A DNA stretch of 64,000 nt from Auanema rhodensis (lineage: Eukaryota; Animalia; Nematoda). The position numbers and the translations under genes were made by a program. A model generated the notes under the pieces. That model was given only the letters and a program-made list of their open reading frames with translations. It was not told where the DNA came from and did no database searches. Numbering within the stretch: the first letter of the stretch is position 1; every line of letters begins with the position of its first letter. Shown one piece after another: positions 1 through 15,000 of the stretch. The stretch lies in assembly GCA_964057225.1 (NCBI GenBank), contig OZ059896.1, positions 6,138,001-6,202,000 on the forward strand. The letters are read 5' to 3'.

Positions 1-3000
1 ACGTGAAAAATAAAGAAATGCGGTTTTTAAAATTAGATTCCCCATGTCCATATTAGTCTAAAAACAAATTTTTATTGATATTGGTGCATGGTAACCATGA
101 CTTTGAAATTTAAGTGAACTTTAATTTATGCTAATTAAATGTACACTTGATGTGCACTTGATATGTAACTCGCTTCACGTGAAAGATAAAAAGATGCGGT
201 TTTCAAAATTAGATTCCCCATGTCCATATTAGTCTAAAAACAAATTTTTATTGATATTGGTTCATGGTAACCATGACTTTGAAATTTACGTGAACTTTAA
301 TTTATGCTAATTAAATGTACACTTGATGTGCACTTGATATGTAACTCGCTTCACGTGAAAGATAAAGAGATGCGGTTTTTAAAATTGGATTCTCTATGTC
401 CATATTAGTCTAAAAACAATTTTTATTGATATTGGTGCATGGTAACAATGACTTTGAAATTTACGTTCACTTTAATTTATGCTAATTAAATGTACACTTG
501 ATGTGCACTTGATATGTAACTCGCTTCACGTGAAAGATAAAGTGATGCGGTTTTCAAAATTAGATACCCCATGTCCATATTAGTCTAAAAACAAATTTTT
601 ATTCATATTGGTGCATGGTAACCATGACTTTGAAATTTACGTGAACTTTAATTTATGCTAATTAAATGTACACTTGATGTGCACTTGATATGTAACTCGC
701 TTCACGTGAAAGATAAAGTGATGCGGTTTTCAAAATTAGATACCCCATGTCCATATTAGTCTAAAAACAAATTTTTATTCATATTGGTGCATGGTAACCA
801 TGACTTTGAAATTTACGTGAACTTTAATTTATGCTAATTAAATGTACACTTGATGTGCACTTGATATGTAACTCGCTTCACGTGAAAGATAAAGAGATGC
901 GGTTTTCAAAATTAGATACCCCATGTCCATATTAGTCTAAAAACAAATTTTTATTCATATTGGTGCATGGTAACCATGACTTTGAAATTTACGTGAACTT
1001 TAATTTATGCTAATTAAATGTACACTTGATGTGCACTTGGTATGTAACTCGCTTCACGTGAAAGACAAAGAGATGCGGTTTTCAAAATTAGATTCCCCAT
1101 GTCCATATTAGTCTAAAAACGAATTTTTATTGATATTGGTGCATGGTAACCATGACTTTGAAATTTACGTGAACTTTAATTTATGCTAATTAAATATACA
1201 CGTGATGTGCCCTTGGTATGTAACTCGCTTTACGTGAAAGATAAAGAGATGCGGTTTTCAAAATTAGATTCCCCATGTCCATATTAGTCTAAAAACAAAT
1301 TTTTATTGATATTGGTGCATGGTAACCATGACTTTGAAATTTACGTGAACTTTAATTTATGCTAATTAAATGTACACGTGATGTGCACTTGGTATGTAAC
1401 TCGCTTCACGTGAAAAATAAAGAAATGCGGTTTTTAAAATTAAATTCCCCATGTCCATATTAGTCTAAAAACAAATTTTTATTGATATTGGTGCATGGTA
1501 ACCATGACTTTGAAATTTACTTGAACTTTAATTTATGCTAATTAAATGTACACGTGATGTGCACCTGGTATGTAACTCGCTTCACGTGAAAAATAAAGAA
1601 ATGCGGTTTTTAAAATTAAATTCCCCATGTCCATATTAGTCTAAAAACAAATTTTTATTAATATTGGTTCATGGTAACCATGACTTTGAAATTTACGTGA
1701 ACTTTAATTTATGCTAATTAAATGTACACTTGATGTGCACTTGATATGTAACTCGCTTCACGTGAAAGATAAAGAGATGCGGTTTTCAAAATTAGATACC
1801 CCATGTCCATATTAGTCTAAAAACAAATTTTTATTGATATTGGTGCATGGTAACCATGACTTTGAAATTTACGTGAACTTTAATTTATGCTAATTAAATA
1901 TACACGTGATGTGCATTTGGTATGTAACTCGCTTCACGTGAAAGATAAAGAGATGCGGTTTTCAAAATTAGATTCCCCATGTCCATATTAGTCTAAAAAC
2001 AATTTTTATTGATATTGGTGCATGGTAACCATGACTTTGAAATTTACGTGTACTTTAATTTATGCTAATTAAATGTACACGTGATGTGTACTTGGTATGT
2101 AACTCGCTTCACGTGAAAGATAAAGAGATGCGGTTTTCAAAATTGGATTCTCCATGTCCATATTAGTCTAAAAACAAATTTTTATTGATATTGGTGCATG
2201 GTAACCATGACTTTGAAATTTACGTGAACTTTTATTTATGCTAATTAAATGTACACGTGATGTGCACTTGATATGTAACTCGCTTCACGTGAAAGATAAA
2301 GTGATGCGGTTTTCAAAATTAGATACCCCATGTCCATATTAGTCTAAAAACAAATTTTTATTCATATTGGTGCATGGTAACCATGACTTTGAAATTTACG
2401 TGAACTTTAATTTATGCTAATTAAATGTACACTTGATGTGCACTTGATATGTAACTCGCTTCACGTGAAAGATAAAGTGATGCGGTTTTCAAAATTAGAT
2501 ACCCCATGTCCATATTAGTCTAAAAACAAATTTTTATTCATATTGGTGCATGGTAACCATGACTTTGAAATTTACGTGAACTTTAATTTATGCTAATTAA
2601 ATGTACACTTGATGTGCACTTGATATGTAACTCGCTTCACGTGAAAGATAAAGAGATGCGGTTTTCAAAATTAGATACCCCATGTCCATATTAGTCTAAA
2701 AACAAATTTTTATTCATATTGGTGCATGGTAACCATGACTTTGAAATTTACGTGAACTTTAATTTATGCTAATTAAATGTACACTTGATGTGCACTTGGT
2801 ATGTAACTCGCTTCACGTGAAAGACAAAGAGATGCGGTTTTCAAAATTAGATTCCCCATGTCCATATTAGTCTAAAAACGAATTTTTATTGATATTGGTG
2901 CATGGTAACCATGACTTTGAAATTTACGTGAACTTTAATTTATGCTAATTAAATATACACGTGATGTGCCCTTGGTATGTAACTCGCTTTACGTGAAAGA

Positions 3001-6000
3001 TAAAGAGATGCGGTTTTCAAAATTAGATTCCCCATGTCCATATTAGTCTAAAAACAAATTTTTATTGATATTGGTGCATGGTAACCATGACTTTGAAATT
3101 TACGTGAACTTTAATTTATGCTAATTAAATGTACACGTGATGTGCACTTGGTATGTAACTCGCTTCACGTGAAAAATAAAGAAATGCGGTTTTTAAAATT
3201 AAATTCCCCATGTCCATATTAGTCTAAAAACAAATTTTTATTGATATTGGTGCATGGTAACCATGACTTTGAAATTTACTTGAACTTTAATTTATGCTAA
3301 TTAAATGTACACGTGATGTGCACCTGGTATGTAACTCGCTTCACGTGAAAAATAAAGAGATGCGGTTTTCAAAATTAGATACCCCATGTCCATATTAGTC
3401 TAAAAACAAATTTTTATTGATATTGGTGCATGGTAACCATGACTTTGAAATTTACGTGAACTTTAATTTATGCTAATTAAATATACACGTGATGTGCATT
3501 TGGTATGTAACTCGCTTCACGTGAAAGATAAAGAGATGCGGTTTTCAAAATTAGATTCCCCATGTCCATATTAGTCTAAAAACAATTTTTATTGATATTG
3601 GTGCATGGTAACCATGACTTTGAAATTTACGTGTACTTTAATTTATGCTAATTAAATGTACACGTGATGTGTACTTGGTATGTAACTCGCTTCACGTGAA
3701 AGATAAAGAGATGCGGTTTTCAAAATTGGATTCTCCATGTCCATATTAGTCTAAAAACAAATTTTTATTGATATTGGTGCATGGTAACCATGACTTTGAA
3801 ATTTACGTGAACTTTTATTTATGCTAATTAAATGTACACGTGATGTGCACTTGGTATGTAACTCGCTTCCTGTAAAAGATAAAGAGATGCGGTTTTTAAA
3901 CTTAGATTCCCCATGTCCATATTAGTCTAAAAACAAATTTTTATTGATATTGGTGCATGGTAACCATGACTTTGAAATTTACGTGAACTTTAATTTATGC
4001 TAATTAAATATACACGTGATGTGCACTTGGTATGTAACTCGCTTCACGTGGAAAATAAAGAAATGCGGTTTTCAAAATTAGATTCCCCATGTCCATATTA
4101 GTCTAAAAACAAATTTTTATCGATATTGGTGCATGGTAACCATGACTTTGAAATTTACGTCAACTTTAATTTATGCTAATTAAATATACACGTGATGTGC
4201 CCTTGGTATGTAACTCGCTTTACGTGAAAGATAAAGAGATGCGGTTTTCAAAATTAGATTCCCCATGTCCATATTAGTCTAAAAACAAATTTTTATTGAT
4301 ATTGGTGCATGGTAACCATGACTTTGAAATTTACGTCAACTTTAATTTATGCTAATTAAATATACACGTGATGTGCCCTTGGTATGTAACTCGCTTTACG
4401 TGAAAGATAAAGAGATGCGGTTTTCAAAGTTAGATTCCCCATGTCCATATTAGTCTAAAAACAAATTTTTATTAATATTGGTTCATGGTAACCATGACTT
4501 TGAAATTTACGTGAACTTTAATTTATGCTAATTAAATGTACACTTGATGTGCACTTGATATGTAACTCGCTTCACGTGAAAGATAAAGAGATGCGGTTTT
4601 TAAAATTGGATTCTCCATGTCCATATTAGTCTAAAAACAAATTTTTATTAATATTGGTTCATGGTAACCATGACTTTGAAATTTACGTGAACTTTAATTT
4701 ATGCTAATTAAATGTACACTTGATGTGCACTTGATATGTAACTCGCTTCACGTGAAAGATAAAGAGATGCGGTTTTTAAAATTGGATTCTCCATGTCCAT
4801 ATTAGTCTAAAAACAAATTTTTATTAATATTGGTTCATGGTAACCATGACTTTGAAATTTACGTCAACTTTAATTTATGCTAATTAAATATACACGTGAT
4901 GTGCCCTTGGTATGTAACTCGCTTTACGTGAAAGATAAAGAGATGCGGTTTTCAAAGTTAGATTCCCCATGTCCATATTAGTCTAAAAACAAATTTTTAT
5001 TAATATTGGTTCATGGTAACCATGACTTTGAAATTTACGTGAACTTTAATTTATGCTAATTAAATGTACACTTGATGTGCACTTGATATGTAACTCGCTT
5101 CACGTGAAAGATAAAGAGATGCGGTTTTTAAAATTGGATTCTCCATGTCCATATTAGTCTAAAAACAAATTTTTATTGATATTGGTGCATGGTAACCATG
5201 ACTTTGAAATTTACGTGAACTTTAATTTATGCTAATTAAATATACACGTGATGTGCACTTGGTATGTAACTCGCTTCACGTGAAAGATAAAGAGATGCGG
5301 TTTTCAAAATTAGATACCCCATGTCCATATTAGTCTAAAAACAAATTTTTATTGATATTGGTGCATGGTAACCATGACTTTGAAATTTACGTCAACTTTT
5401 ATTTATGCTAATTAAATGTACATGTGATGTGCACCTGGTATGTAACTCGCTTCACGTGAAAAATAAAGAAATGCGGTTTTTAAAATTAGATTCCCCATGT
5501 CCATATTAGTCTAAAAACAAATTTTTATTGATATTGGTGCATGGTAACCATGACTTTGAAATTTAAGTGAACTTTAATTTATGCTAATTAAATGTACACT
5601 TGATGTGCACTTGATATGTAACTCGCTTCACGTGAAAGATAAAAAGATGCGGTTTTCAAAATTAGATTCCCCATGTCCATATTAGTCTAAAAACAAATTT
5701 TTATTGATATTGGTTCATGGTAACCATGACTTTGAAATTTACGTGAACTTTAATTTATGCTAATTAAATGTACACTTGATGTGCACTTGATATGTAACTC
5801 GCTTCACGTGAAAGATAAAGAGATGCGGTTTTTAAAATTGGATTCTCTATGTCCATATTAGTCTAAAAACAATTTTTATTGATATTGGTGCATGGTAACC
5901 ATGACTTTGAAATTTACGTTCACTTTAATTTATGCTAATTAAATGTACACTTGATGTGCACTTGATATGTAACTCGCTTCACGTGAAAGATAAAAAGATG

Positions 6001-9000
6001 CGGTTTTCAAAATTAGATTCCCCATGTCCATATTAGTCTAAAAACAAATTTTTATTGATATTGGTTCATGGTAACCATGACTTTGAAATTTACGTGAACT
6101 TTAATTTATGCTAATTAAATGTACACTTGATGTGCACTTGATATGTAACTCGCTTCACGTGAAAGATAAAGAGATGCGGTTTTTAAAATTGGATTCTCTA
6201 TGTCCATATTAGTCTAAAAACAATTTTTATTGATATTGGTGCATGGTAACCATGACTTTGAAATTTACGTTCACTTTAATTTATGCTAATTAAATGTACA
6301 CTTGATGTGCACTTGATATGTAACTCGCTTCACGTGAAAGATAAAAAGATGCGGTTTTCAAAATTAGATTCCCCATGTCCATATTAGTCTAAAAACAAAT
6401 TTTTATTGATATTGGTTCATGGTAACCATGACTTTGAAATTTACGTGAACTTTAATTTATGCTAATTAAATGTACACTTGATGTGCACTTGATATGTAAC
6501 TCGCTTCACGTGAAAGATAAAGAGATGCGGTTTTTAAAATTGGATTCTCTATGTCCATATTAGTCTAAAAACAAATTTTTATTGATATTGGTGCATGGTA
6601 ACCATGACTTTGAAATTTACGTGAACTTTAATTTATGCTAATTAAATGTACACGTGATGTGCACTTGGTATGTAACTCGCTTCACGTGAAAAATAAAGAA
6701 ATGCGGTTTTTAAAATTAAATTCCCCATGTCCATATTAGTCTAAAAACAAATTTTTATTGATATTGGTGCATGGTAACCATGACTTTGAAATTTACTTGA
6801 ACTTTAATTTATGCTAATTAAATGTACACGTGATGTGCACCTGGTATGTAACTCGCTTCACGTGAAAAATAAAGAAATGCGGTTTTTAAAATTAAATTCC
6901 CCATGTCCATATTAGTCTAAAAACAAATTTTTATTAATATTGGTTCATGGTAACCATGACTTTGAAATTTACGTGAACTTTAATTTATGCTAATTAAATG
7001 TACACTTGATGTGCACTTGATATGTAACTCGCTTCACGTGAAAGATAAAGAGATGCGGTTTTCAAAATTAGATACCCCATGTCCATATTAGTCTAAAAAC
7101 AAATTTTTATTGATATTGGTGCATGGTAACCATGACTTTGAAATTTACGTGAACTTTAATTTATGCTAATTAAATATACACGTGATGTGCATTTGGTATG
7201 TAACTCGCTTCACGTGAAAGATAAAGAGATGCGGTTTTCAAAATTAGATTCCCCATGTCCATATTAGTCTAAAAACAATTTTTATTGATATTGGTGCATG
7301 GTAACCATGACTTTGAAATTTACGTGTACTTTAATTTATGCTAATTAAATGTACACGTGATGTGTACTTGGTATGTAACTCGCTTCACGTGAAAGATAAA
7401 GAGATGCGGTTTTCAAAATTGGATTCTCCATGTCCATATTAGTCTAAAAACAAATTTTTATTGATATTGGTGCATGGTAACCATGACTTTGAAATTTACG
7501 TGAACTTTTATTTATGCTAATTAAATGTACACGTGATGTGCACTTGATATGTAACTCGCTTCACGTGAAAGATAAAGTGATGCGGTTTTCAAAATTAGAT
7601 ACCCCATGTCCATATTAGTCTAAAAACAAATTTTTATTCATATTGGTGCATGGTAACCATGACTTTGAAATTTACGTGAACTTTAATTTATGCTAATTAA
7701 ATGTACACTTGATGTGCACTTGATATGTAACTCGCTTCACGTGAAAGATAAAGTGATGCGGTTTTCAAAATTAGATACCCCATGTCCATATTAGTCTAAA
7801 AACAAATTTTTATTCATATTGGTGCATGGTAACCATGACTTTGAAATTTACGTGAACTTTAATTTATGCTAATTAAATGTACACTTGATGTGCACTTGAT
7901 ATGTAACTCGCTTCACGTGAAAGATAAAGAGATGCGGTTTTCAAAATTAGATACCCCATGTCCATATTAGTCTAAAAACAAATTTTTATTCATATTGGTG
8001 CATGGTAACCATGACTTTGAAATTTACGTGAACTTTAATTTATGCTAATTAAATGTACACTTGATGTGCACTTGGTATGTAACTCGCTTCACGTGAAAGA
8101 CAAAGAGATGCGGTTTTCAAAATTAGATTCCCCATGTCCATATTAGTCTAAAAACGAATTTTTATTGATATTGGTGCATGGTAACCATGACTTTGAAATT
8201 TACGTGAACTTTAATTTATGCTAATTAAATATACACGTGATGTGCCCTTGGTATGTAACTCGCTTTACGTGAAAGATAAAGAGATGCGGTTTTCAAAATT
8301 AGATTCCCCATGTCCATATTAGTCTAAAAACAAATTTTTATTGATATTGGTGCATGGTAACCATGACTTTGAAATTTACGTGAACTTTAATTTATGCTAA
8401 TTAAATGTACACGTGATGTGCACTTGGTATGTAACTCGCTTCACGTGAAAAATAAAGAAATGCGGTTTTTAAAATTAAATTCCCCATGTCCATATTAGTC
8501 TAAAAACAAATTTTTATTGATATTGGTGCATGGTAACCATGACTTTGAAATTTACTTGAACTTTAATTTATGCTAATTAAATGTACACGTGATGTGCACC
8601 TGGTATGTAACTCGCTTCACGTGAAAAATAAAGAGATGCGGTTTTCAAAATTAGATACCCCATGTCCATATTAGTCTAAAAACAAATTTTTATTGATATT
8701 GGTGCATGGTAACCATGACTTTGAAATTTACGTGAACTTTAATTTATGCTAATTAAATATACACGTGATGTGCATTTGGTATGTAACTCGCTTCACGTGA
8801 AAGATAAAGAGATGCGGTTTTCAAAATTAGATTCCCCATGTCCATATTAGTCTAAAAACAATTTTTATTGATATTGGTGCATGGTAACCATGACTTTGAA
8901 ATTTACGTGTACTTTAATTTATGCTAATTAAATGTACACGTGATGTGTACTTGGTATGTAACTCGCTTCACGTGAAAGATAAAGAGATGCGGTTTTCAAA

Positions 9001-12000
9001 ATTGGATTCTCCATGTCCATATTAGTCTAAAAACAAATTTTTATTGATATTGGTGCATGGTAACCATGACTTTGAAATTTACGTGAACTTTTATTTATGC
9101 TAATTAAATGTACACGTGATGTGCACTTGGTATGTAACTCGCTTCCTGTAAAAGATAAAGAGATGCGGTTTTTAAACTTAGATTCCCCATGTCCATATTA
9201 GTCTAAAAACAAATTTTTATTGATATTGGTGCATGGTAACCATGACTTTGAAATTTACGTGAACTTTAATTTATGCTAATTAAATATACACGTGATGTGC
9301 ACTTGGTATGTAACTCGCTTCACGTGGAAAATAAAGAAATGCGGTTTTCAAAATTAGATTCCCCATGTCCATATTAGTCTAAAAACAAATTTTTATCGAT
9401 ATTGGTGCATGGTAACCATGACTTTGAAATTTACGTCAACTTTAATTTATGCTAATTAAATATACACGTGATGTGCCCTTGGTATGTAACTCGCTTTACG
9501 TGAAAGATAAAGAGATGCGGTTTTCAAAATTAGATTCCCCATGTCCATATTAGTCTAAAAACAAATTTTTATTGATATTGGTGCATGGTAACCATGACTT
9601 TGAAATTTACGTCAACTTTAATTTATGCTAATTAAATATACACGTGATGTGCCCTTGGTATGTAACTCGCTTTACGTGAAAGATAAAGAGATGCGGTTTT
9701 CAAAGTTAGATTCCCCATGTCCATATTAGTCTAAAAACAAATTTTTATTAATATTGGTTCATGGTAACCATGACTTTGAAATTTACGTGAACTTTAATTT
9801 ATGCTAATTAAATGTACACTTGATGTGCACTTGATATGTAACTCGCTTCACGTGAAAGATAAAGAGATGCGGTTTTTAAAATTGGATTCTCCATGTCCAT
9901 ATTAGTCTAAAAACAAATTTTTATTAATATTGGTTCATGGTAACCATGACTTTGAAATTTACGTGAACTTTAATTTATGCTAATTAAATGTACACTTGAT
10001 GTGCACTTGATATGTAACTCGCTTCACGTGAAAGATAAAGAGATGCGGTTTTTAAAATTGGATTCTCCATGTCCATATTAGTCTAAAAACAAATTTTTAT
10101 TAATATTGGTTCATGGTAACCATGACTTTGAAATTTACTTGAACTTTAATTTATGCTAATTAAATGTACACGTGATGTGCACCTGGTATGTAACTCGCTT
10201 CACGTGAAAAATAAAGAGATGCGGTTTTCAAAATTAGATACCCCATGTCCATATTAGTCTAAAAACAAATTTTTATTGATATTGGTGCATGGTAACCATG
10301 ACTTTGAAATTTACGTGAACTTTAATTTATGCTAATTAAATATACACGTGATGTGCATTTGGTATGTAACTCGCTTCACGTGAAAGATAAAGAGATGCGG
10401 TTTTCAAAATTAGATTCCCCATGTCCATATTAGTCTAAAAACAATTTTTATTGATATTGGTGCATGGTAACCATGACTTTGAAATTTACGTGTACTTTAA
10501 TTTATGCTAATTAAATGTACACGTGATGTGTACTTGGTATGTAACTCGCTTCACGTGAAAGATAAAGAGATGCGGTTTTCAAAATTGGATTCTCCATGTC
10601 CATATTAGTCTAAAAACAAATTTTTATTGATATTGGTGCATGGTAACCATGACTTTGAAATTTACGTGAACTTTTATTTATGCTAATTAAATGTACACGT
10701 GATGTGCACTTGGTATGTAACTCGCTTCCTGTAAAAGATAAAGAGATGCGGTTTTTAAACTTAGATTCCCCATGTCCATATTAGTCTAAAAACAAATTTT
10801 TATTGATATTGGTGCATGGTAACCATGACTTTGAAATTTACGTGAACTTTAATTTATGCTAATTAAATATACACGTGATGTGCACTTGGTATGTAACTCG
10901 CTTCACGTGGAAAATAAAGAAATGCGGTTTTCAAAATTAGATTCCCCATGTCCATATTAGTCTAAAAACAAATTTTTATCGATATTGGTGCATGGTAACC
11001 ATGACTTTGAAATTTACGTCAACTTTAATTTATGCTAATTAAATATACACGTGATGTGCCCTTGGTATGTAACTCGCTTTACGTGAAAGATAAAGAGATG
11101 CGGTTTTCAAAATTAGATTCCCCATGTCCATATTAGTCTAAAAACAAATTTTTATTGATATTGGTGCATGGTAACCATGACTTTGAAATTTACGTCAACT
11201 TTAATTTATGCTAATTAAATATACACGTGATGTGCCCTTGGTATGTAACTCGCTTTACGTGAAAGATAAAGAGATGCGGTTTTCAAAGTTAGATTCCCCA
11301 TGTCCATATTAGTCTAAAAACAAATTTTTATTAATATTGGTTCATGGTAACCATGACTTTGAAATTTACGTGAACTTTAATTTATGCTAATTAAATGTAC
11401 ACTTGATGTGCACTTGATATGTAACTCGCTTCACGTGAAAGATAAAGAGATGCGGTTTTTAAAATTGGATTCTCCATGTCCATATTAGTCTAAAAACAAA
11501 TTTTTATTAATATTGGTTCATGGTAACCATGACTTTGAAATTTACGTGAACTTTAATTTATGCTAATTAAATGTACACTTGATGTGCACTTGATATGTAA
11601 CTCGCTTCACGTGAAAGATAAAGAGATGCGGTTTTTAAAATTGGATTCTCCATGTCCATATTAGTCTAAAAACAAATTTTTATTAATATTGGTTCATGGT
11701 AACCATGACTTTGAAATTTACGTCAACTTTAATTTATGCTAATTAAATATACACGTGATGTGCCCTTGGTATGTAACTCGCTTTACGTGAAAGATAAAGA
11801 GATGCGGTTTTCAAAGTTAGATTCCCCATGTCCATATTAGTCTAAAAACAAATTTTTATTAATATTGGTTCATGGTAACCATGACTTTGAAATTTACGTG
11901 AACTTTAATTTATGCTAATTAAATGTACACTTGATGTGCACTTGATATGTAACTCGCTTCACGTGAAAGATAAAGAGATGCGGTTTTTAAAATTGGATTC

Positions 12001-15000
12001 TCCATGTCCATATTAGTCTAAAAACAAATTTTTATTGATATTGGTGCATGGTAACCATGACTTTGAAATTTACGTGAACTTTAATTTATGCTAATTAAAT
12101 ATACACGTGATGTGCACTTGGTATGTAACTCGCTTCACGTGAAAGATAAAGAGATGCGGTTTTCAAAATTAGATACCCCATGTCCATATTAGTCTAAAAA
12201 CAAATTTTTATTGATATTGGTGCATGGTAACCATGACTTTGAAATTTACGTCAACTTTTATTTATGCTAATTAAATGTACATGTGATGTGCACCTGGTAT
12301 GTAACTCGCTTCACGTGAAAAATAAAGAAATGCGGTTTTTAAAATTAGATTCCCCATGTCCATATTAGTCTAAAAACAAATTTTTATTGATATTGGTGCA
12401 TGGTAACCATGACTTTGAAATTTAAGTGAACTTTAATTTATGCTAATTAAATGTACACTTGATGTGCACTTGATATGTAACTCGCTTCACGTGAAAGATA
12501 AAAAGATGCGGTTTTCAAAATTAGATTCCCCATGTCCATATTAGTCTAAAAACAAATTTTTATTGATATTGGTTCATGGTAACCATGACTTTGAAATTTA
12601 CGTGAACTTTAATTTATGCTAATTAAATGTACACTTGATGTGCACTTGATATGTAACTCGCTTCACGTGAAAGATAAAGAGATGCGGTTTTTAAAATTGG
12701 ATTCTCTATGTCCATATTAGTCTAAAAACAATTTTTATTGATATTGGTGCATGGTAACCATGACTTTGAAATTTACGTTCACTTTAATTTATGCTAATTA
12801 AATGTACACTTGATGTGCACTTGATATGTAACTCGCTTCACGTGAAAGATAAAAAGATGCGGTTTTCAAAATTAGATTCCCCATGTCCATATTAGTCTAA
12901 AAACAAATTTTTATTGATATTGGTTCATGGTAACCATGACTTTGAAATTTACGTGAACTTTAATTTATGCTAATTAAATGTACACTTGATGTGCACTTGA
13001 TATGTAACTCGCTTCACGTGAAAGATAAAGAGATGCGGTTTTTAAAATTGGATTCTCTATGTCCATATTAGTCTAAAAACAATTTTTATTGATATTGGTG
13101 CATGGTAACCATGACTTTGAAATTTACGTTCACTTTAATTTATGCTAATTAAATGTACACTTGATGTGCACTTGATATGTAACTCGCTTCACGTGAAAGA
13201 TAAAAAGATGCGGTTTTCAAAATTAGATTCCCCATGTCCATATTAGTCTAAAAACAAATTTTTATTGATATTGGTTCATGGTAACCATGACTTTGAAATT
13301 TACGTGAACTTTAATTTATGCTAATTAAATGTACACTTGATGTGCACTTGATATGTAACTCGCTTCACGTGAAAGATAAAGAGATGCGGTTTTTAAAATT
13401 GGATTCTCTATGTCCATATTAGTCTAAAAACAATTTTTATTGATATTGGTGCATGGTAACCATGACTTTGAAATTTACGTTCACTTTAATTTATGCTAAT
13501 TAAATGTACACTTGATGTGCACTTGATATGTAACTCGCTTCACGTGAAAGATAAAGTGATGCGGTTTTCAAAATTAGATACCCCATGTCCATATTAGTCT
13601 AAAAACAAATTTTTATTAATATTGGTTCATGGTAACCATGACTTTGAAATTTACGTGAACTTTAATTTATGCTAATTAAATGTACACTTGATGTGCACTT
13701 GATATGTAACTCGCTTCACGTGAAAGATAAAAAGATGCGGTTTTCAAAATTAGATTCCCCATGTCCATATTAGTCTAAAAACAAATTTTTATTGATATTG
13801 GTGCATGGTAACCATGACTTTGAAATTTACGTGAACTTTAATTTATGCTAATTAAATGTACACTTGATGTGCACTTGATATGTAACTCGCTTCACGTGAA
13901 AGATAAAGAGATGCGGTTTTCAAAATTAGATACCCCATGTCCATATTAGTCTAAAAACAAATTTTTATTCATATTGGTGCATGGTAACCATGACTTTGAA
14001 ATTTACGTGAACTTTAATTTATGCTAATTAAATGTACACTTGATGTGCACTTGGTATGTAACTCGCTTCACGTGAAAGACAAAGAGATGCGGTTTTCAAA
14101 ATTAGATTCCCCATGTCCATATTAGTCTAAAAACGAATTTTTATTGATATTGGTGCATGGTAACCATGACTTTGAAATTTACGTGAACTTTAATTTATGC
14201 TAATTAAATATACACGTGATGTGCCCTTGGTATGTAACTCGCTTTACGTGAAAGATAAAGAGATGCGGTTTTCAAAATTAGATTCCCCATGTCCATATTA
14301 GTCTAAAAACAAATTTTTATTGATATTGGTGCATGGTAACCATGACTTTGAAATTTACGTGAACTTTAATTTATGCTAATTAAATGTACACGTGATGTGC
14401 ACTTGGTATGTAACTCGCTTCACGTGAAAAATAAAGAAATGCGGTTTTTAAAATAAAATTCCCCATGTCCATATTAGTCTAAAAACAAATTTTTATTGAT
14501 ATTGGTGCATGGTAACCATGACTTTGAAATTTACTTGAACTTTAATTTATGCTAATTAAATGTACACGTGATGTGCACCTGGTATGTAACTCGCTTCACG
14601 TGAAAAATAAAGAAATGCGGTTTTTAAAATTAAATTCCCCATGTCCATATTAGTCTAAAAACAAATTTTTATTAATATTGGTTCATGGTAACCATGACTT
14701 TGAAATTTACGTGAACTTTAATTTATGCTAATTAAATGTACACTTGATGTGCACTTGATATGTAACTCGCTTCACGTGAAAGATAAAGAGATGCGGTTTT
14801 CAAAATTAGATACCCCATGTCCATATTAGTCTAAAAACAAATTTTTATTGATATTGGTGCATGGTAACCATGACTTTGAAATTTACGTGAACTTTAATTT
14901 ATGCTAATTAAATATACACGTGATGTGCATTTGGTATGTAACTCGCTTCACGTGAAAGATAAAGAGATGCGGTTTTCAAAATTAGATTCCCCATGTCCAT